From: Bacillota bacterium
GTDB lineage: Bacteria; Bacillota; Halanaerobiia; Halobacteroidales; Acetohalobiaceae
Reading direction: 5' to 3'
Assembly: GCA_051745835.1 (NCBI GenBank)
Contig: JBNJEL010000008.1
Coordinates: 1-30,915 of the forward strand
DNA length: 30,915 nucleotides
This document shows positions 27,784 through 30,915 of this stretch, piece by piece. A model generated the notes under the pieces. The model searched no databases and was not told where the DNA came from. It saw nothing but the letters and a program-made list of their open reading frames with translations. The stretch's first letter is position 1, and the number at the start of each line of letters is the position of its first letter. The position numbers and the translations under genes are program-made.

Positions 27784-28728
27784 ATGTTAAGCAGTAAACG
27801 ACCTTCGGTAGGCTTAGCCTTGGGTGGGGGAGGGATCAAAGGAGTTATTCATATTGGTATTTTAGATATCTTTACTCAACATCAAATTCCAATTGATATC
27901 ATTGCCGGCAGTAGTGCTGGGGGGATGATTGCTGGGCTTTATGGAGCAGGACTTACCGCTAGTGAATTAGAGCAGTTGGCACTAGAGCTGCAAGCAGGAA
28001 AGCATTTTGATTTTAAGTTAGATCTATTGAGGTTAATTAGGTTACTTTTCAAAGTAGTTATTGCGAAGTTCTGCTTTGGAAGAGTGGAGATGCCGAAGGG
28101 GATTATTGACGGGCGGGAGTTAGAGGAGTTTCTATTCTGTCAGACTAGCTGTAAGTTCTTTGATCAAACTAAGATTCCGATTGCTATTACAGCTACTGAT
28201 ATTAAAAGTGGTAATTTAATTATTTTTACCGAGCATAGCTTAACTCCTTCGCTACAAGGGCTTGATAATTTAAACCAGCAGTTAGGACTTCATCAACAAG
28301 ATAATATCTTCATTACTGATCAATACTTAGCCCGAGCTATCCGTGCTAGCGTGGCGATTCCTGGTTTTTTTACTCCGGTGGAGATTAATAACCGTTTATT
28401 AGTTGATGGTGGACTTAAGGATAATGTACCAGCCGATATCTTGGATCAATTAGGTGTTGATGTTAAGATTGCAGTTGATTTGGAGTTTGAGATTCAAGAT
28501 GATCAGTCGATTAAGAATCCTATTGATATCTTACTACAGTCCTATGATATTATGGGGCAAGAAGTCTCTGATTTGAAGCTGGATAGCTATGCTGATTTAG
28601 TCCTACGACCAGAGGTAGGTAAGATTAGTCTAACCGATACGGATAAGATTCCTTACCTATTAGAAGTGGGGCGGCGAGTAGGTCTTAATTCAGTGAGTAA
28701 GATTAAGGCTCTGATAGCTGAATATTAA
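27784..28728 (+). CDS. Patatin-like phospholipase family protein
   Basis: GGGGIKG oxyanion motif, GSSAGG nucleophile elbow (GxSxG), DGG catalytic Asp motif. Confidence 0.8.
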   Translation: MLSSKRPSVGLALGGGGIKGVIHIGILDIFTQHQIPIDIIAGSSAGGMIAGLYGAGLTASELEQLALELQAGKHFDFKLDLLRLIRLLFKVVIAKFCFGRVEMPKGIIDGRELEEFLFCQTSCKFFDQTKIPIAITATDIKSGNLIIFTEHSLTPSLQGLDNLNQQLGLHQQDNIFITDQYLARAIRASVAIPGFFTPVEINNRLLVDGGLKDNVPADILDQLGVDVKIAVDLEFEIQDDQSIKNPIDILLQSYDIMGQEVSDLKLDSYADLVLRPEVGKISLTDTDKIPYLLEVGRRVGLNSVSKIKALIAEY

Positions 28729-28941
28729 CTTTAAATAGTTAATTCTTAATTAGTGTAAATTTGTGTAGATTCGTGGCAGAATAATTTTTATGTTTTATTT
28801 ATAATTATTTACCAAATTAAGATATCAGATAATCGAATAAGTAACAGAGATTAGCATTAATTTAAGGGGGAGTTAGGAGGGTGGAAGTAGAATAATTATA
28901 TGATAGTGTGATGGATACTTATTTAGAGGAGGATTTAGGTT

Positions 28942-29205
28942 ATGCAGTGGAGAGTTGAGATTAAGGTCTTGCTAAAGGAGAGCATCTTAGATCCGCAGGG
29001 CGAAGCGGTGAAAGATGGTTTAACTAAGTTGGATTATAAAAATGTAGATAATGTACAGGTTGGTAAGTATATCGAATTAACCTTAACAGATATAGAGTCT
29101 CAGGTTGGAGTTGAAGAACAGGTAAATCAGATGTGTAAAGAGTTACTGGCTAATCCAGTGATTGAAGATTATACTTTTAAGTGTTATCAAGTGGGGGCAG
29201 AATAA
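28942..29205 (+). CDS. purS: Phosphoribosylformylglycinamidine synthase subunit PurS
   Basis: MQWRVEIKVLLKESILDPQGEAV... typical PurS; GAGGAGG RBS. Confidence 0.85.
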   Translation: MQWRVEIKVLLKESILDPQGEAVKDGLTKLDYKNVDNVQVGKYIELTLTDIESQVGVEEQVNQMCKELLANPVIEDYTFKCYQVGAE

Positions 29206-29909
29206 TGCGCTGTGGAATAGTTACCTTTCCTGGTTCTAACTGTGATCAAGATTGCTATCATGTTACAGCTAATCTGTTAGCAGAGCCGACAGATATGTTG
29301 TGGTATCAAGAGGAGAAGGATTTATCGGAGTATGATTTGATTATTCTGCCTGGCGGTTTCTCGTATGGTGATTATCTACGCAGTGGTGCAATTGCTCGCT
29401 TTGCTCCGATGATGGAAGCGGTAATTGAGTATGCTCAAGCGGGCGGTCTAGTGCTGGGGATTTGTAATGGCTTTCAGATCTTATTGGAAGCAGGCTTATT
29501 GCCGGGAGCGATGAAGGTTAATCAGAACCTTAAGTTTACCTGCCAAGATGTAGAGTTAAGAGTGGTTAATCCACAGACGCCGTTTACTAATCACTTTCAG
29601 GCGGGGGAGCGAATTAAGATTCCAGTTGCTCACCGCGAAGGTAATTACTATATTGATCAGTCAGGGTTAGAAGAATTAATTACTCATAATCAAATTGTAG
29701 TGCAGTATAGTAGTTCAAATGAAAATCCTAATGGTTCGCTTAATAATATAGCCGGTATCTGTAATCGGGATCGTAATATTTTGGGGTTGATGCCTCATCC
29801 TGAGCGTGCTTGTGAAGAGTTACTTGGTTCGCAATCTGAAGATGGTTATCGTTTCTTCACTTCGGTTATTGAGTATCTAACTAGCGGAGGTGAGTGTAGT
29901 GAGTACTAA
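29205..29909 (+). CDS. purQ: Phosphoribosylformylglycinamidine synthase glutaminase subunit PurQ
   Basis: [16 protein letters not shown]...GICNGFQ (Cys nucleophile)...HPE. The ATG overlaps the purS stop (TAATG). Confidence 0.9.
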   Translation: MRCGIVTFPGSNCDQDCYHVTANLLAEPTDMLWYQEEKDLSEYDLIILPGGFSYGDYLRSGAIARFAPMMEAVIEYAQAGGLVLGICNGFQILLEAGLLPGAMKVNQNLKFTCQDVELRVVNPQTPFTNHFQAGERIKIPVAHREGNYYIDQSGLEELITHNQIVVQYSSSNENPNGSLNNIAGICNRDRNILGLMPHPERACEELLGSQSEDGYRFFTSVIEYLTSGGECSEY

Positions 29910-30915
29910 GCCCTGGTTAGCTGAAGGATTAACTAAATCTGAGTATGAGCAGATTACTAATCTTTTAGATCGTCAGCCCAATCGTTTAGAGTTAGGAATG
30001 TATGGGGTGATGTGGTCAGAACACTGTAGCTATAAGAACTCTAAGGCATTACTTAGAAAGCTACCGACTGCGGGAGAGCAGGTCTTACAAGGCCCCGGAG
30101 AGAATGCCGGAATTATTGATATTGGTGATGGACAAGCAGTCTCATTTAAGATGGAGAGTCATAATCATCCTTCAGCAATCTCACCTCGTCAAGGAGCGGC
30201 TACCGGAGTTGGTGGGATTATTCGTGATATCTTTACTATGGGAGCGCGGCCGATCGCTATTCTTGATTCACTACGGTTTGGTGATTTAGCTGATGATCGG
30301 GTGAAGTTCTTATTAGAAGGTGTCGTAGAAGGGATAGCTGGTTATGGTAATGCGGTAGGAGTACCGACAGTAGGAGGTGAAACTCACTTCTCCTCAGCCT
30401 ATCAACAGAATCCATTAGTTAATGTTATGTGTGTGGGAATTATGAATCAGGAAGATATAACTACTGCTAAGGCAGTGGGGATTGGCAATCCAGTAATGAT
30501 TGTGGGTGCTAAAACTGGTCGCGACGGGATTCAGGGGGCTAGTTTTGCTTCGGATGAATTAACAGAGGAGTCGACCGAGGAGCTTCCTGCAGTGCAGGTT
30601 GGTGATCCGTTTAAAGAGAAGTTATTACTCGAAGCCTGCTTAGAGCTAATTAAGTCAAGAGCGGTGATTGGAATTCAAGATCTTGGCGCAGCTGGGCTGA
30701 CTGGTGCTGCCTGTGAGATGGCAAGCCGTGGTGATGTTGGTATTGAACTCGATGTAGATTTAGTACCGCAGCGTGCTCAAGAGATGACACCGTATGAAGT
30801 GCTGTTATCGGAGTCGCAGGAGCGAATGTTAGTTATTCCACATCCAGAACAGATTGAGTTAGTCGCAGAGATCTTTGCTAAGTGGAACTTAGAAGCAGCA
30901 GTAATTGGCAAGATA
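29899..30915 (+). CDS. purL: Phosphoribosylformylglycinamidine synthase subunit PurL (5' part; runs off the window end)
   Basis: [19 protein letters not shown]...[12 protein letters not shown]...; GTG start 7 nt after GGAGGTG; overlaps the purQ end by 11 nt. Confidence 0.9.
   Translation, partial: MSTKPWLAEGLTKSEYEQITNLLDRQPNRLELGMYGVMWSEHCSYKNSKALLRKLPTAGEQVLQGPGENAGIIDIGDGQAVSFKMESHNHPSAISPRQGAATGVGGIIRDIFTMGARPIAILDSLRFGDLADDRVKFLLEGVVEGIAGYGNAVGVPTVGGETHFSSAYQQNPLVNVMCVGIMNQEDITTAKAVGIGNPVMIVGAKTGRDGIQGASFASDELTEESTEELPAVQVGDPFKEKLLLEACLELIKSRAVIGIQDLGAAGLTGAACEMASRGDVGIELDVDLVPQRAQEMTPYEVLLSESQERMLVIPHPEQIELVAEIFAKWNLEAAVIGKI

Noticed and set aside
28729-28941. Looked for a purine riboswitch or PurBox upstream of purS (and upstream of purD, 26305-26469)
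   Set aside because: No conserved riboswitch core (e.g. UUUCUACC / CCGUAAAU segments, P1 stem) could be found by eye, and the leaders are too short or AT-rich. A covariance-model scan would be needed.
1-30915. CRISPR arrays, tRNA/rRNA genes
   Set aside because: No regularly spaced direct repeats and no GC-rich cloverleaf-like segments were seen anywhere in the window.

Overview
Low-GC (AT-rich, strong GGAGG Shine-Dalgarno) chromosomal window from an endospore-forming Firmicute, probably Clostridia or Halanaerobiales-like. That assignment is inferred from the cotJABC operon and YjcZ-like tiny sporulation proteins. Gene order along the window:

- a truncated IS3/IS150-type transposase remnant
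- uvrB, a terminator, then uvrA-uvrC (contiguous nucleotide-excision-repair genes)
- a PspC-domain peptide
- a ClC chloride channel whose second CBS domain is cut off by a single in-frame TAG
- a sporulation-flavoured accessory stretch at 9.5-15.9 kb: an HTH_17 coiled-coil protein, an acidic Q/S-rich disordered protein, a secreted S8 subtilase, a tandem array of seven small genes, and cotJC-cotJB-cotJA on the minus strand. Six of the seven small genes carry a YjcZ-like 'IELIxVVFIL' tail, two of them behind long acidic N-terminal extensions
- L-lactate dehydrogenase
- a CsoR-family metal repressor with an RseC-like membrane protein
- a Cof-type HAD hydrolase and adenosine deaminase
- D-aminoacylase
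- Fur-box-controlled feoA-feoB plus an unannotated FeoB-associated Cys-rich peptide
- a 75-aa hypothetical and a flotillin
- purD, a patatin-like phospholipase, then purS-purQ-purL (purL runs off the window end)

No rRNA, tRNA or CRISPR array was seen. The most unusual signals are the YjcZ-like paralog array with acidic-extension variants, the amber-interrupted ClC/CBS-pair gene, and the uncharacterized HTH/acidic-protein/subtilase module beside the coat genes.
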